DNA of 63,894 nt, counting the filler, from Octopus bimaculoides (taxonomy: Eukaryota): the NCBI RefSeq assembly GCF_001194135.2. It is 6 parts of 4 records of this genome, joined end to end, with 100 filler letters (N's around TTAATTAATTAA, not from the genome) between each part and the next. Parts side by side here need not be neighbours in the genome. Positions count along the whole stretch, not along the records: positions 26,179 to 36,771 come from NC_068990.1; positions 36,872 to 55,519 come from NC_068988.1; 4 more parts are not named here. One strand, 5' to 3'. Position numbers and translations under genes: made by a program. Below the pieces are notes generated by a model. That model saw nothing but the letters and a program-made list of their open reading frames with translations, did no database searches and was not told where the DNA came from. Shown here one piece after another: positions 36,431 through 49,345 of the stretch; positions within the stretch are counted from its first letter, which is position 1, and the number at the start of each line of letters is the position of its first letter.

Positions 36431-36771
36431 CAGACATGCAGGAAGTAAATAGGCACCTTTAATTTTCAAAATTTCTCATCTAAGCATCTTAATATGTTTT
36501 CAGTGGTGTAGAATTTACAATGTAATTATTCTTTTTCATTCCAAGTGCCATTATATTAAACATTTGCGAAGAGTAACCAGGCCACGCACAAAAAATTCAG
36601 CAGAACTGTCAGATTTTCAAAGAGGTTGTATTGTTGGGCAATCTGAGGCTGGTCTTAGCCAGCAAAAAATTGCCGAAAATCTTCAAATTCCTCTTGCTAC
36701 TGTTAATAGAATTATAGCGCAATTCAAAAGCCAAGGAAAAGAAATCAGCAGATTCACGTCCCGGCCGACCT
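36431..36771 (+). mobile_element. Tc1-type transposon 5' end with paired-like HTH (runs into gap)
   Basis: TA|CAG start; [45 protein letters not shown]...RPGRP-like end. Confidence 0.85.
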
Positions 36772-36871
36772 NNNNNNNNNNNNNNNNNNNNNNNNNNNNN
36801 NNNNNNNNNNNNNNNTTAATTAATTAANNNNNNNNNNNNNNNNNNNNNNNNNNNNNNNNNNNNNNNNNNNN

Positions 36872-36924
<53 letters not shown>

Positions 36925-37314
36925 GAGAGAAAGAGGGAGAATGTGCACTGTGTATTAATTTTCTTCCGCCAAGGTTGAAAAATGAGCTTACTAAATTTTA
37001 CATCTACACCTGTAGGTATAATCTGATGTCCAGGTGTGTATATGCGTGTATGTATGTATGTGTGTATATATGTATGTATGCATGTATGTATGTATGTATG
37101 TGCATTTGTATGTGATTGCACGTTTGTGTGTGCGTTCGTATGTTCAATTCTTTTGTATGTGTGTGCATATATGTATGTATGTATTATGTATGTATTATGT
37201 ATGTATTATGCGTGTATATATGCGTGTTTGTATGCATGTATGTGTGCGTATGAGTGCATGTGTGTGTATGCATGTGTGTGTGTGTGTGTGTATGTGTATT
37301 TGTATGTATGTATG

Positions 37315-38965
37315 AATTTTCTTTGAGTTTACTTTAAGTTCTGGAAAGAGTTCAAGCCGACCGCTAACAAAGCGAAAAGACCCTTTTGAGTTAAGAAGGT
37401 CACCGGTGTTTGTAAGTATGTAGTTGAGTCGGTGTTTTGGCTGAACTCTTGATGTATATATATCCAAGTGTGTGAATCCTTTCACATAAGAATCTCAGAT
37501 GGAGAAATTTTGGAATGTTTTACAAATCATCACTGTGCCACGAACAGATTGGATTTGGATAATCCGCGCCAGTTTCTTTTGCTGTTTTTCCGTGAAACCG
37601 AGTATTTCTAGGTTTTAGTTCAGATTTGTTTGTACGTAACTATAGCACCTATGATGATAGGTACAAATGCGAATTCATAGTCAGAGTACAAGAGCTTTAA
37701 GTTCCGCATCAATTCGCCATAAATGTTCTCTTTTTCTTGAACTGTTGATTGTCAGCTGACCTCCTCAACAGCGCATGTCCTTTGTTCCCTGTCGCACAGA
37801 ACAATATCAGGTCTGTTATGTTTGCATCAAATTGATGTTTTTAGTGGAGTTTTTTTTTTATGCGCCCTTTTAAAGCCTAGCCAGGCTAATGGGCCCGGTT
37901 TCCCGGTTTCTATGGCGTATGTGTTCCCCACCCCAGCTGGACGGGACCGCCAGTCCATCGCAGCGTTACTCAAGAAACAGGAAGAAAGAGTGAGAGAAAG
38001 TTGGGACGAAAGAGTACAACAGGGGTCGCCACCACTCCCTGCCGGAGCCTCGTGGAGCTTTAGGTGTTTTCGCTCAATAAACACACACAAAGCCCGGTCT
38101 TGGAATCGAAACCACGATCCTCCGACCGCGAGTCCGCTGCCCTAACCACTAGGCCATTGCGCCTTTTTATTGGAGTGTTCCGTCAATATTCCTTGCTTTT
38201 AAAGGTTTGAATACCTTCTGGTTCTAACATACCTTNNNNNNNNNNNNNNNNNNNNNNNNNNNNNNNNNNNNNNNNNNNNNNNNNNNNNNNNNNNNNNNNN
38301 NNNNNNNNNNNNNNNNNNNNNNNNNNNNNNNNNNNNNNNNNNNNNNNNNNNNNNNNNNNNNNNNNNNNNNNNNNNNNNNNNNNNNNNNNNNNNNNNNNNN
38401 NNNNNNNNNNNNNNNNNNNNNNNNNNNNNNNNNNNNNNNNNNNNNNNNNNNNNNNNNNNNNNNNNNNNNNNNNNNNNNNNNNNNNNNNNNNNNNNNNNNN
38501 NNNNNNNNNNNNNNNNNNNNNNNNNNNNNNNNNNNNNNNNNNNNNNNNNNNNNNNNNNNNNNNNNNNNNNNNNNNNNNNNNNNNNNNNNNNNNNNNNNNN
38601 NNNNNNNNNNNNNNNNNNNNNNNNNNNNNNNNNNNNNNNNNNNNNNNNNNNNNNNNNNTAACCACTGGGCCATTGCGCCTTTTTATTGGAGTGTTCCGCC
38701 AATATTCCTTGCTTTTAAAGGTTTGAATACCTTCTGGTTCTAACATACCTTTGATGTACTCGCTAGAGCAATCCTTCTTATGGATAACATTGTAAATATT
38801 TTTTGCAACTGTATCATGTCTCAGGGACAGGTAGTAACTCCGTAGACATTTTGGGGACGCTGCTGATGATGTGGGTGATATCTTCCACTCTGGCATAGCA
38901 AAGTTGACATTTTTTATCACAACGTTGAGGTTTGATGGTATCTTTATCCCTCTTGTTTATCAGGT
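37315..38965 (-). mobile_element. R4/Dong-clade LINE 3' part (CCHC knuckle, PD-(D/E)xK RLE, 3'UTR) split by a SINE and a gap
   Basis: KCQLCYARVEDITHIISS...YYLSLRHDTVAK; NTPIKTSI*CKHNRPDIV; YGELMRNLKLLYSDYEFAFVPIIIGA; GTVMICKTF. Confidence 0.9.
37851..38163 (-). mobile_element. Full-length tRNA-derived SINE (OR-like/CORE-type tail) with 13-bp TSD
   Basis: Head ggcgcaatggcctagtggttagggcagcggactcgcgg...ggtttcgattcc; A-rich tail; TSD TTTTTA(G/T)TGGAGT at 37838-37850 and 38164-38176. Confidence 0.92.
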
Positions 38966-38971
38966 ATAGTG

Positions 38972-39298
38972 GAGGCGCAATGGCCCATTGGTTAGGGCAG
39001 TGGACTTGCAATCGTGGGATCGCAGTTTCGATTCCCAGACCGGGCGTTGTGAGTGTTTATTGAGCGAAAACACCTAAAGATCCACGAGGCTCTGGCAGGA
39101 GATGGTGGCGACCCCTGCTGTACTCTTCCACTACAACTTTCTCTCACTCTTTCTTCCTGTTTCTGTTGTGCCTGTAATGCAAAGGGCCAGCCTTGTCACA
39201 CTGTGTCACGCTGAATCTCCCCGAGAACTACGTTAAGGGTACACGTGTTTGTGGAGTGCTCAGCCACTTGCACGTTAATTTCACGAGCCGGCTGTTCC
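38972..39298 (+). mobile_element. tRNA-derived SINE with the same head and body as 37851-38163 but a different 3' half
   Basis: Shared through ttctctcactctttcttcctgtttc, then diverges. Confidence 0.9.
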
Positions 39299-39921
39299 NN
39301 NNNNNNNNNNNNNNNNNNNNNNNNNNNNNNNNNNNNNNNNNNNNNNNNNNNNNNNNNNNNNNNNNNNNNNNNNNNNNNNNNNNNNNNNNNNNNNNNNNNN
39401 NNNNNNNNNNNNNNNNNNNNNNNNNNNNNNNNNNNNNNNNNNNNNNNNNNNNNNNNNNNNNNNNNNNNNNNNNNNNNNNNNNNNNNNNNNNNNNNNNNNN
39501 NNNNNNNNNNNNNNNNNNNNNNNNNNNNNNNNNNNNNNNNNNNNNNNNNNNNNNNNNNNNNNNNNNNNNNNNNNNNNNNNNNNNNNNNNNNNNNNNNNNN
39601 NNNNNNNNNNNNNNNNNNNNNNNNNNNNNNNNNNNNNNNNNNNNNNNNNNNNNNNNNNNNNNNNNNNNNNNNNNNNNNNNNNNNNNNNNNNNNNNNNNNN
39701 NNNNNNNNNNNNNNNNNNNNNNNNNNNNNNNNNNNNNNNNNNNNNNNNNNNNNNNNNNNNNNNNNNNNNNNNNNNNNNNNNNNNNNNNNNNNNNNNNNNN
39801 NNNNNNNNNNNNNNNNNNNNNNNNNNNNNATGTATGTATGTATGTATGTAAGTATGTATGTATGTATATACATCATCATCATTACTATCACTACCACCGC
39901 CACCACCACCACCACCAACTG

Positions 39922-39974
<53 letters not shown>

Positions 39975-39983
39975 TTATTTATC

Positions 39984-40023
<40 letters not shown>

Positions 40024-40292
40024 GTGTGTACATACGGGTGTACACATGTATATATATAAATATATATTTATATGTATATCTAGTTTGTGCGTGAATGTTG
40101 ATGTAGTAACTATTATACAACTTACAAGATTATGAAACAGCTGTAAACAAATGGAATAAACAATTATTCCCTCACCTTCTCTTATCTCTTCTATGTATAT
40201 ATGTGTATATATGTGTCGGTATATACAAGGTACGTGTGTGTGTGTATACATATGCATAGAATTATATATATATATATATATANNNNNNNNNN

Positions 40293-40333
<41 letters not shown>

Positions 40334-40834
40334 ATGTGTGTGTGTGTGTATGCATGTATGCATATATATGTATATCTATCTATCTATATGTGTGTGTGTG
40401 TGTGTGCGTGTGTGTGTAAAACCAAAATAAGCAACAGGATATGAAGTATATATATATATATATATGTATATATATAGTATGCTTGTAAGCACGCATATAC
40501 ATGTGTGTACAACTATGTGTTCACGTTGGTGTGTGTGTGTCTGTGTGTGTGTACTTGCGTATGTATACATTCATCGGTGTGTAGGCGTGATTATGTAAAC
40601 GTTTATATAATCTGAGCGCTTGTGAAAATGTGTATGTGTGTATATGTGTTTGTGTATAACCGTGTGCCTGCGCGCGTGCGTGCGTATCTATCCGTTAGTA
40701 TCATACATAACTATTTACAAATCCACCAACAGGTCTTAGACAAATGAGTCAATTGTTTAAGTTAAAAAACTGAAGTGTTTGTTTTTGCTTGCCCCATCTG
40801 CACACACAGTTGCGTGACCAACAGCATTTGGAAC

Positions 40835-40995
<161 letters not shown>

Positions 40996-41432
40996 ATATT
41001 GTTACTAATGTTGCTGCTGCCACTGCTGTAGCCGTTTAGCCCTTGGTCGGCGCTTTATCTGCAAGACCTATATGTCATCCCATGGCCTTATCCCATCTTT
41101 GCCTTTTCGATCCATTTGTGTAACCGAAAGGCCAGAATCCGCTCTATACGTCTATTTTTTAAAGTCACTAGGATGTGATTTGGATGAGACCTTGTTGAGG
41201 GTTTTACTTCCAAGTCTAACAGCTTAGTTTCATTATCGTCATCGTTTTCATCGTTTTCATCGTTTTCATCGTTTTCATCGCTTTCATCGTCGTCGTCGTC
41301 GTCGTCGTTGTTGCTGTTGCTTCTGTTATTGTCGCCTTTGTAGCTTCGTTTATAGCAGTTGATCCATCATATCACGTTAGCTTTCATCGGACTTCAATTA
41401 CTATCGTATAGAAACAACGGCCTTTTGCATAC

Positions 41433-41464
<32 letters not shown>

Positions 41465-41640
41465 CTATGTTTCTATGTACGTATATGTATATATATGTAT
41501 ATGTATAATATATGTGTGTGTGTATATATATATGTATATGTTTATATATATTTGTGTATGGATGTATGTATGCACGTATGTGTGTGCATGTATGTACGTA
41601 TATATATGCACATATATATATATGTATATATACATATATA

Positions 41641-41678
<38 letters not shown>

Positions 41679-41959
41679 CACGTGTGTGTGTGTCAGTATA
41701 AACACACACACATACTTAAATATACACACGAATATATGGCTTTCCCTTTACATATATTTACACACTTGTGTATGTTTGGTTTTGTTAAACCTTGTTCAAC
41801 GTGGCTTACCTCACGTCGAGACGGATACAGTCTTGATCGATAAGTAAACTAACACTTATACAATCTCTGTGTTCAATAATGTTACTGTAGTTGCTTTGTT
41901 TCTTTTACGTGACCAATGTCGGCAGCAACATTTGGAGCACTGGACGTAAAAGAGGCAGC

Positions 41960-42330
41960 CATAGATTGAACTGCAAGGTTACAAGGAGTATTGATCATTC
42001 TGGCTCTTTCTTTATCAATTGCGACATCTGAGAGACCTATTCTATCTGTGATGAATGTAGGAAGATGAAGATATCACAGATCGATTATTACTTAGCAACA
42101 ACATTTGATGAAGGAAGGTAAACATCGGGTATCGATTCGCAAATGATTGCAATGATACAATGGAAGGCAGCAGAAGATCTGTATAAATAAGTACCTCTAG
42201 ACGTGAAGGATATCGAGCTTAACGAGGTATTTGGCTAGAAGAAATACCAGCAAGATCTCCGTCAATCGACATTCTACTGGCTGTTACAGGAAACAAGAGG
42301 AGGAAGTTTTCGTTGGGTAATGACGTAGAT
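41960..42330 (+). mobile_element. Possible very old RTE-type RT fragment
   Basis: Weak YRFANDC (YADD-like) and later NKxEEV-like spacing; many stops. Confidence 0.25.
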
Positions 42331-42462
42331 TTAATTATACTAGCCTGAAAAGAAAATAATGGGATGAATAATGGGATGATCATGACTTCCAATTAGCAAG
42401 GCTGACCAGGGTCTAACCAACATATTATTAACAGCGGTAGCAGCAGCAGCAGCAGCAGCAAT

Positions 42463-42508
<46 letters not shown>

Positions 42509-42574
42509 GCAACAACAACAGTGACAACATAAAACCGGTTATTGTATAGTTTTCATTATTCTAATGATCTTAAA

Positions 42575-42945
42575 GATGGCGAGTTGGCAGAATCGTTAGC
42601 ACACCGGGCAAAATTCTTAACGGTGTTTCGCCCGTCTTTAACCCAGAGAACGATCAGAAACGACTGAATTACAACTGACGCTTCTCATTGTAATTTGAAA
42701 TTGCTTTCGGTTATACAGTGGCGTAGCCTAGTGGTTAGAGTACTGCACTCATGATCGGAGAATCGTGGTTTCGATTCTCGGCCGGCAGGGTGTGTTGTGT
42801 TCTTGAACAAAACACTTCATTTCACGTTCCTCCGTTCAGCTGCAACCTTGTGAAGGATTTGGTGGTCCGTTCAGAGGGGTCAATATTGTGATCTTGGTCG
42901 CCTTGGAAACCTGCTAAGCGACCCTATGAGTCCCAGGACTCGAGT
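42575..42945 (+). mobile_element. SINE family A head (42575-42640) and a CORE-type tRNA SINE (42718-42945)
   Basis: gatggcgagttggcagaatcgttagc; ggcgtagcctagtggttagag...ggtttcgattc...gttcttgaacaaaacacttcatttcacg. Confidence 0.7.
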
Positions 42946-43369
42946 CATTAACACCCAATGGTTCATGACTATTCGTTTATGCGTCAATTAACGAAAGATT
43001 CACACGGAAAAAAGGAGATTTTCGCCATCGTTCACGTCTCCGTTACTGAGAAAAACTCAAATGCGTCATTTATGAATTTTCGTCCGAATGGATTAATGCC
43101 TCTAGTGTTCCCAGGCTTTGACTTGGCACCGATCATCCTTCTTTTATCCCATATTCAAAAGATTCCCGTTACCATGGCATTTTGGCGTGGCAATGCGTAC
43201 TCGCTAATTTCATGTTTCACTTGTGTCAACATATGTAAGAAAATGTACCTGAAATATGTCACGCACTTTACAACACGTTGTGTTCTGTTCGTTGCTGGTG
43301 CACTGCCAAGCTCTTAGCTTGACAAACACCTCGGCGCACACTTTTTGTCCACCTTAGATATTTAAGTAC

Positions 43370-43400
<31 letters not shown>

Positions 43401-44100
43401 ACACACACACACACACAAACATACGTATGTATGTATGTATGTATGCATGTATGTATGTATACACACATTCCTCTATGTGTGTGAAAACGCACTCCCAAAA
43501 TAGAAACATACATAATACATACTATAAATGTGTTGTATAAATATATAAATATATAAATAAAATGTGTGTGTGTGTATGTGTGTGTGTGTGTGTGTATACA
43601 TGCTTTAACAAAATAGATACATATATAAGTACACTGTATATGCATGTATACAAATGTTTCTGCATGTGTATACAAAATACATACACACACACACACACAC
43701 ACAAATGCTCACATTCATACATATATACATATATAAATACATACATATATACACACACGCAATATGGAAGTGTATCGTGAGAAAGTCAGCGAGAAAAAGT
43801 AGGTGGATAATGGGAAATAGAAAAGGCAGCAATGTCTGTAAACAGAGAGAGAGGCGGCGGGGAAGTAACATTACGTACTGTGAGATGCGGTGGGAGGAGA
43901 ATGACTGGAGGAAGATTAATATAAGGAGAAAGGTGAAAAAAAAAGAACAATAAAATAAAACAAAAAAAATAGAATAAAAACTGGGGGAGTGGGAGTACTG
44001 ACTAGAAGAGTAGGAGTAGCAGTTGGAAGGGGTAAATATGAAAATGAGGGAACTGGGTAGAGATGGAATGGGGTCATGTGATGTAATAATTGGCCCCGAA

Positions 44101-44562
44101 TTTTGGTACAAGGCCTGCAATTTCGAAGGGAGGAGATAAGTCGATTATATCGGTCATCCCAAGTGTATATAACTGGTATTTATCGATCCAGAGAGGGTGA
44201 AAGACAAAATCGATACCAGTACTCGACTAGTGCCTATTTTATCGATCCTGAAAGAATGAAAAGAAAAATCGATCTTGGTGGAATTGGAATTCTGAACGTA
44301 AAGCCGGAAGTAATGCCGCTAAGTATTTTATCCGGCACGGTAACGATTCTGTCAGTTAAAAGCCTTATGTTATATATTTATTGGTGAGAGTTTTTGGGGT
44401 GGGGGTCATGTCGATTACATCGACCCCAGTGTTTCACTGGTACTTATTTTATCGATCTCGAAAGGATGACCCCCGGAGGCATCTAAACTCAGAACGTAAA
44501 GACGGACGAAATGCTGCTAAGCATTTTGTCCGGTCTGCTAACGATTCTGCCAGCTCACCGCC
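44101..44562 (-). mobile_element. Two tandem SINE family A copies; the first has a duplicated core
   Basis: Core tatcgatcc..aaag..tgaaag appears twice in 44170-44280; complete head at 44520-44562. Confidence 0.8.
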
Positions 44563-44688
44563 TTATGTAATGTAATTATCAATTAATCTTCATTAAATGA
44601 GGTCCACTAATTAATTAGTTAGAATCTTCTCTGTGGACATAGAACTGTCAATGTCTTTGCTTGTGCGTCCACGATCATATCCATCACA

Positions 44689-45027
44689 GGCGTAGCTGTG
44701 TGGTCTTGGGTTCAATCCTACTGTGTGGCACCTTGGGCAAGTGTCCTCTACTATAGCCCTGGGCCGACCAAAACCTTATCTGTGGATTTGGTAGACGCAA
44801 TCTGAAGGAAGCCCATCGTATATGTGTGTTTGTATCTATGTGCTTGTGTCTGTCCTTTACAATCTCTTGATAACTGGCATCGGTTTGTTTACGTCCCCGT
44901 AACCTAGCGGTTTAGCATAAGTATCAGGTTTGAAAATAGCTACTGGGGTTCAGTTTGTTGGACTAAAACTCTTCAAGGTGGTGCTCCAGCATGGCCAGAG
45001 TCCAATGACTGAAACAAGTAGAAGATG
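44689..45027 (+). mobile_element. SINE family B, near full length
   Basis: ggcgtagctgtgtgg...ggttcaatcc...ccttgggcaagtgtc...ggtgctccagcatggcc. Confidence 0.85.
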
Positions 45028-46209
45028 AAATAATTATATGTCGTGTCTATAGCAACCGTTGAAACTGGACCGTCGGCCTGTTTCGATAATCTCACATGTA
45101 AGATAATATTGTAAAGTAATGTAAAGCGTTCGATGTATGCAGTGGTAATGTTGTTGCAGTTATTGTTGTAGTTGTTTTTGTTGTTGTTGCTGTTGTTTTT
45201 GCGACTGTTTCTTTCGTTTAGCCTTAACTGAGAACCACTGTAATCAAAAGCTTTCCAGAAGTGACCATCTTAACTTTGTCCTCTTGACAAAGAGATTCTA
45301 GGAGCACATAAACCAGTATTTTTTATATCTCGGGAGGATCATCAGGCCAATAATAAACACACGCACTGATTCTATTCACTTCTTTATTATTCGTCAATTG
45401 GTTAACTATTTAATCAATTAATTCATCGCATCTTCATTTTTTTAAAGATAAAAATATGTGATTTGAAGATTTGGCTGTTATGTCTAGTAGGTCGGGTGAC
45501 CTACGTGAGATTTTCCTCTTTAGTTTAGCCTTATGAGTCCCGTTATAATTGCTTGTATTTTATAATTATTTGAGAAGACCTATGGCGACCCACTCACGAC
45601 ATATCCCATCCTTCCATTTTCATGACGATAAGGTGTGATTTAAAGGAATTTGGCTACTATTTCTTACATGTCGGACGACAATGCAGAAACTTCGTCGTTG
45701 CTCCAAAACAACGGTTTTCCAAGTAGAGGAGAGCGGACAAACTTCCGGTTGCTGCAGGAAGAACGCATAATCTTAACTACCAGACGACTGCTTGTCAAAC
45801 GTTAAGGTGGCATTTGAGTGGCGAAAATGAATTAAGCAAATAGTACAATGGCTTTATGACAAAAAACGTGAGTTGAACAATATCTTATAGCTCAATGAAT
45901 CACTGATACAATAGAACTGAAAGATATAAGGATATGTTACAATAACTTTATGGCATAGTGACAGGGAAATTGACTTTATGGCATAAGACAGGCTGTAAAA
46001 GATTTATTCTATTTACGTAAAGCCGCAAACCTGTGTTGTTAAATACATCAAACACCGAACATGTCAGGGTCACATTTTATCAATTTGTAAATGATGAAAA
46101 GCGAAGTCGACCTCGGCAGGATTTCAATTCAATACGTTTAGGGTTGGAGACAAGTCCTATAACAAGTACACCATTACATATTTTTTTTAAACTGTGCTGT
46201 GTAAATGAA

Positions 46210-46410
46210 GGCCTGTGACCTATTTGGTTCGAGTTTTGCACTTACGATCAGATGGTGTATTATTTTCTTGAGCAAGACACTTCATTTTCACGTTGCTCCA
46301 GTTCACCTAGCTCTAAATGATTGACTCTGAGACGGACTAGCGTCCCGTCCAGGGCGAGTGGTGTAATCTCGGTTACTTATACCCCATGCAAAACCGGGTA
46401 GCTGACCTTT
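46210..46410 (+). mobile_element. CORE-type SINE, degenerate
   Basis: ttcttgagcaagacacttcattttcacgttgctccag...ggactagcgtcccgtccaggg...aaaccggg. Confidence 0.65.
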
Positions 46411-47092
46411 TAGGTTCTTGGACTCGAGGCAGAACTTACTCCAATGTGTAAATAGTTGAAAGAATCTTAAGAACATTTTAGAATTTATATTAGAATCACA
46501 GTCGCAAGGTGGTAATAAATTGAGCAACGAATGGTGTCTAGTTGCGAGGGACAGGTACAATTTATTTGAGTGGGTTCGATACCTTTTCCCCTTTCCCCCA
46601 ATATCACTCACAAGACTCGGGACGCCCTGAATCTATGATGGAAGAAAATACATACCAAAGGAGTTGCTCAGTAAGATCGAACCAGGTATCACATGCCTGC
46701 AAAGCGACCACCTTAACTAAATGGTCATACCTATACCATTTCTATGAATCCTTGCGTACGGATGTTGAAGTTGCAGCAGATCGTCCGTCTTTGAAATCGA
46801 TTCTCTAACAACTCTATCTGGATTAGGGCGTTGTTTGGGACCAACATCGCCATATTTGACATTAGAATAAATATAAGCGCTGCGCAGAAAGTAGACACGC
46901 GTTTTGACATTTATTTCAGTCAATTATACTTTATGGTGGCTGTGATAAATTGTCGGTTAATCTCAAACACCTGATTTCATTTTCGTATCGAAATGCTGAC
47001 AGAACATGTCGAAACATTCATAAATTTTCATATAAATAAGTTTCGATTCGATTCTCATATTAGCGATGTCATAACATGACCGGAAGTTGTGT

Positions 47093-47267
47093 CTGTATTA
47101 CTCGTGTGTAAATTGTATCCATAATTTAGTGTTAAATATTGGTACGAAATTTGTCCCGTCATGGTTTTAACTTTGCTCGTGTATAAGTCGCACCCGAATT
47201 TCTTTTTTTTTTTTTCCAGTTAAAACCAAGTATAAAATAGTGCAACTATATACACGAGTAAATACGG
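47093..47267. mobile_element. pogo/Tigger-like MITE
   Basis: Imperfect TIRs ctgtattactcgtgtgtaa / tatatacacgagtaaatacgg, TA at right end. Confidence 0.55.
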
Positions 47268-48180
47268 TATATTTTACAGAAATACAATTCTGATATCTCT
47301 CTCACTCTCTCTAACTCTCTCTGCCTGTCTAGTGTATGTATGTATGTATGTATGTATGTATGTATGTATGTATGTATGTATGTTCGTATGTGTGTGTGTG
47401 TATGTATGTATGTGTGTGTATGTATGTGAGTGTATATATGTGTGTGTATGTATTTGAGTGTATGTATGTGTGTATGTATGTATATGTGTATGTATGTATG
47501 TATATGTGTGTATGTATGTATGTGTGTATGTATGTATGTGTGCGTATGTGTGTGTATGTATGTATGTAGGTATGTATGTATCTGTGTGTGTATGTATGTA
47601 TGTAGGTATGTATGTATCTGTGTGTGTATGTATGTATGTGTGTATGTATATGTGTATGTATGTATGTATGTATTTACGCATTCATGTATTTATATATATT
47701 TATTTGTATATATGTATGTGTATATGCGTATGTATGTATGTTTGCATGTGTATGTGTATATGTGCATGCATTTATACATTCACGTATTTATATATATTTA
47801 TATGTAAGCGCGTATGCATGCATGTATGTATGTATATACGTATGCGCCAAAATAGACAACAAAGGCAACACTTGTACCCATTATCAAACGAGTTCGTCTT
47901 CCCGTTCATATTTGTCCATTCATTCTCCACTCTTTCTTACAACTCAATGTTAGCATCTTCCTCTGTGAGTCAAGCGACGGGGAATAAACAAGTCAGTCTC
48001 GGATCCGTCGGTTTATCTTTCTCTTATTCATCCTACAACAACAAACTCTCACATTAACACTGTTTTCTCTATTTCACGTTTGGTAAACCTGACAAACTCA
48101 ACGTTTTAGTTACAAAATAATCGACTTTGTTGGTCGGGAAAAATTTAATTTCGAGGTTAATGATTACTTATCCCCCCGCC

Positions 48181-48224
<44 letters not shown>

Positions 48225-48358
48225 ACACACTGTCTTTTAACAAGATAAGGTCAAGATGTAGAACACGGTTCGATGGTTCAAACTAACACGGGTGGAATGC
48301 TGCTGTTGCCGGTGTTTTTGTTGTTGTTGTCGATGATGATGATGATGATGATAAGGAT

Positions 48359-48984
48359 GATCTATTTTTAAACGGGGGCGCCAGTATTTTCTTAACGAAA
48401 CACTAACGAAACACTTTGAAACTTGGGACACTGGTAGAATGTGTCATATAAAACATCTTTTACTCTTAGTCTTCTTAACAAAAAACAGGAATTCGCAAGT
48501 TATTCCATGTTAAAGTTGTCGTATTTCTGTAATTTCAACCAATCACTGACGTCTATTCAGCTGAATAGACGTCAGTGATTGGTTGAAATTACAGAAATAC
48601 GACAACTTTAACATGGAATAACTTGCGAATTCCTGTTTTTTGTTAAGAAGACTAAGAGTAAAAGATGTTTTATATGACACATTCTACCAGTGTCCCAAGT
48701 TTCAAAGTGTTTCGTTNNNNNNNNNNNNNNNNNNNNNNNNNNNNNNNNNNNNNNNNNNNNNNNNNNNNNNNNNNNNNNNNNNNNNNNNNNNNNNNNNNNN
48801 NNNNNNNNNNNNNNNNNNNNNNNNNNNNNNNNNNNNNNNNNNNNNNNNNNNNNNNNNNNNNNNNNNNNNNNNNNNNNNNNNNNNNNNNNNNNNNNNNNNN
48901 NNNNNNNNNNNNNNNNNNNNNNNNNNNNNNAAACACTATATAAAACATAAATGAAAACTGGCGCCCCCGTTTTAAAATAGATCC
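48359..48984. mobile_element. Fold-back element: about 27-bp outer TIRs around an internal spacerless palindrome
   Basis: GATCTATTTT(T/A)AAACGGGGGCGCCAGT at both ends; GATAAGGAT direct repeat at 48350-48358 and 48985-48993; perfect palindrome 48405-48716. Confidence 0.7.
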
Positions 48985-49236
48985 GATAAGGATGTTGATG
49001 ATGATGATGATGATGATGATGATGTTGTCGATGATGATGATGATAAGGATGATAAGGTTGATGGTGGTGGCGGTGGTCGTGGTCGTGGTGACGATGATGA
49101 TAATGATAATGATGATGATGATGATGATTACGATGATGATGATGATGACAACGATGATAATTATGAATAATTATGATGACGACGACGACAATGATGACGA
49201 CTATGTTGATGATGATGATGATGAAGCCGATGCTGC

Positions 49237-49289
<53 letters not shown>

Positions 49290-49345
49290 TTCTTATTTAG
49301 CTCAAGGTTAGCCAGCCATGAACAGAAATATATATATAATCTAAT

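Noticed and set aside
38146-38750. Direct repeat of about 90 bp on either side of the gap
   Set aside because: The two copies differ at only two bases and flank an N run; most likely overlapping contig ends or two haplotypes, not a real duplication.
41245-41290. Short tandem arrays such as (CATCGTTTT)n as CRISPR
   Set aside because: No unique spacers, no cas genes, and eukaryotic context.
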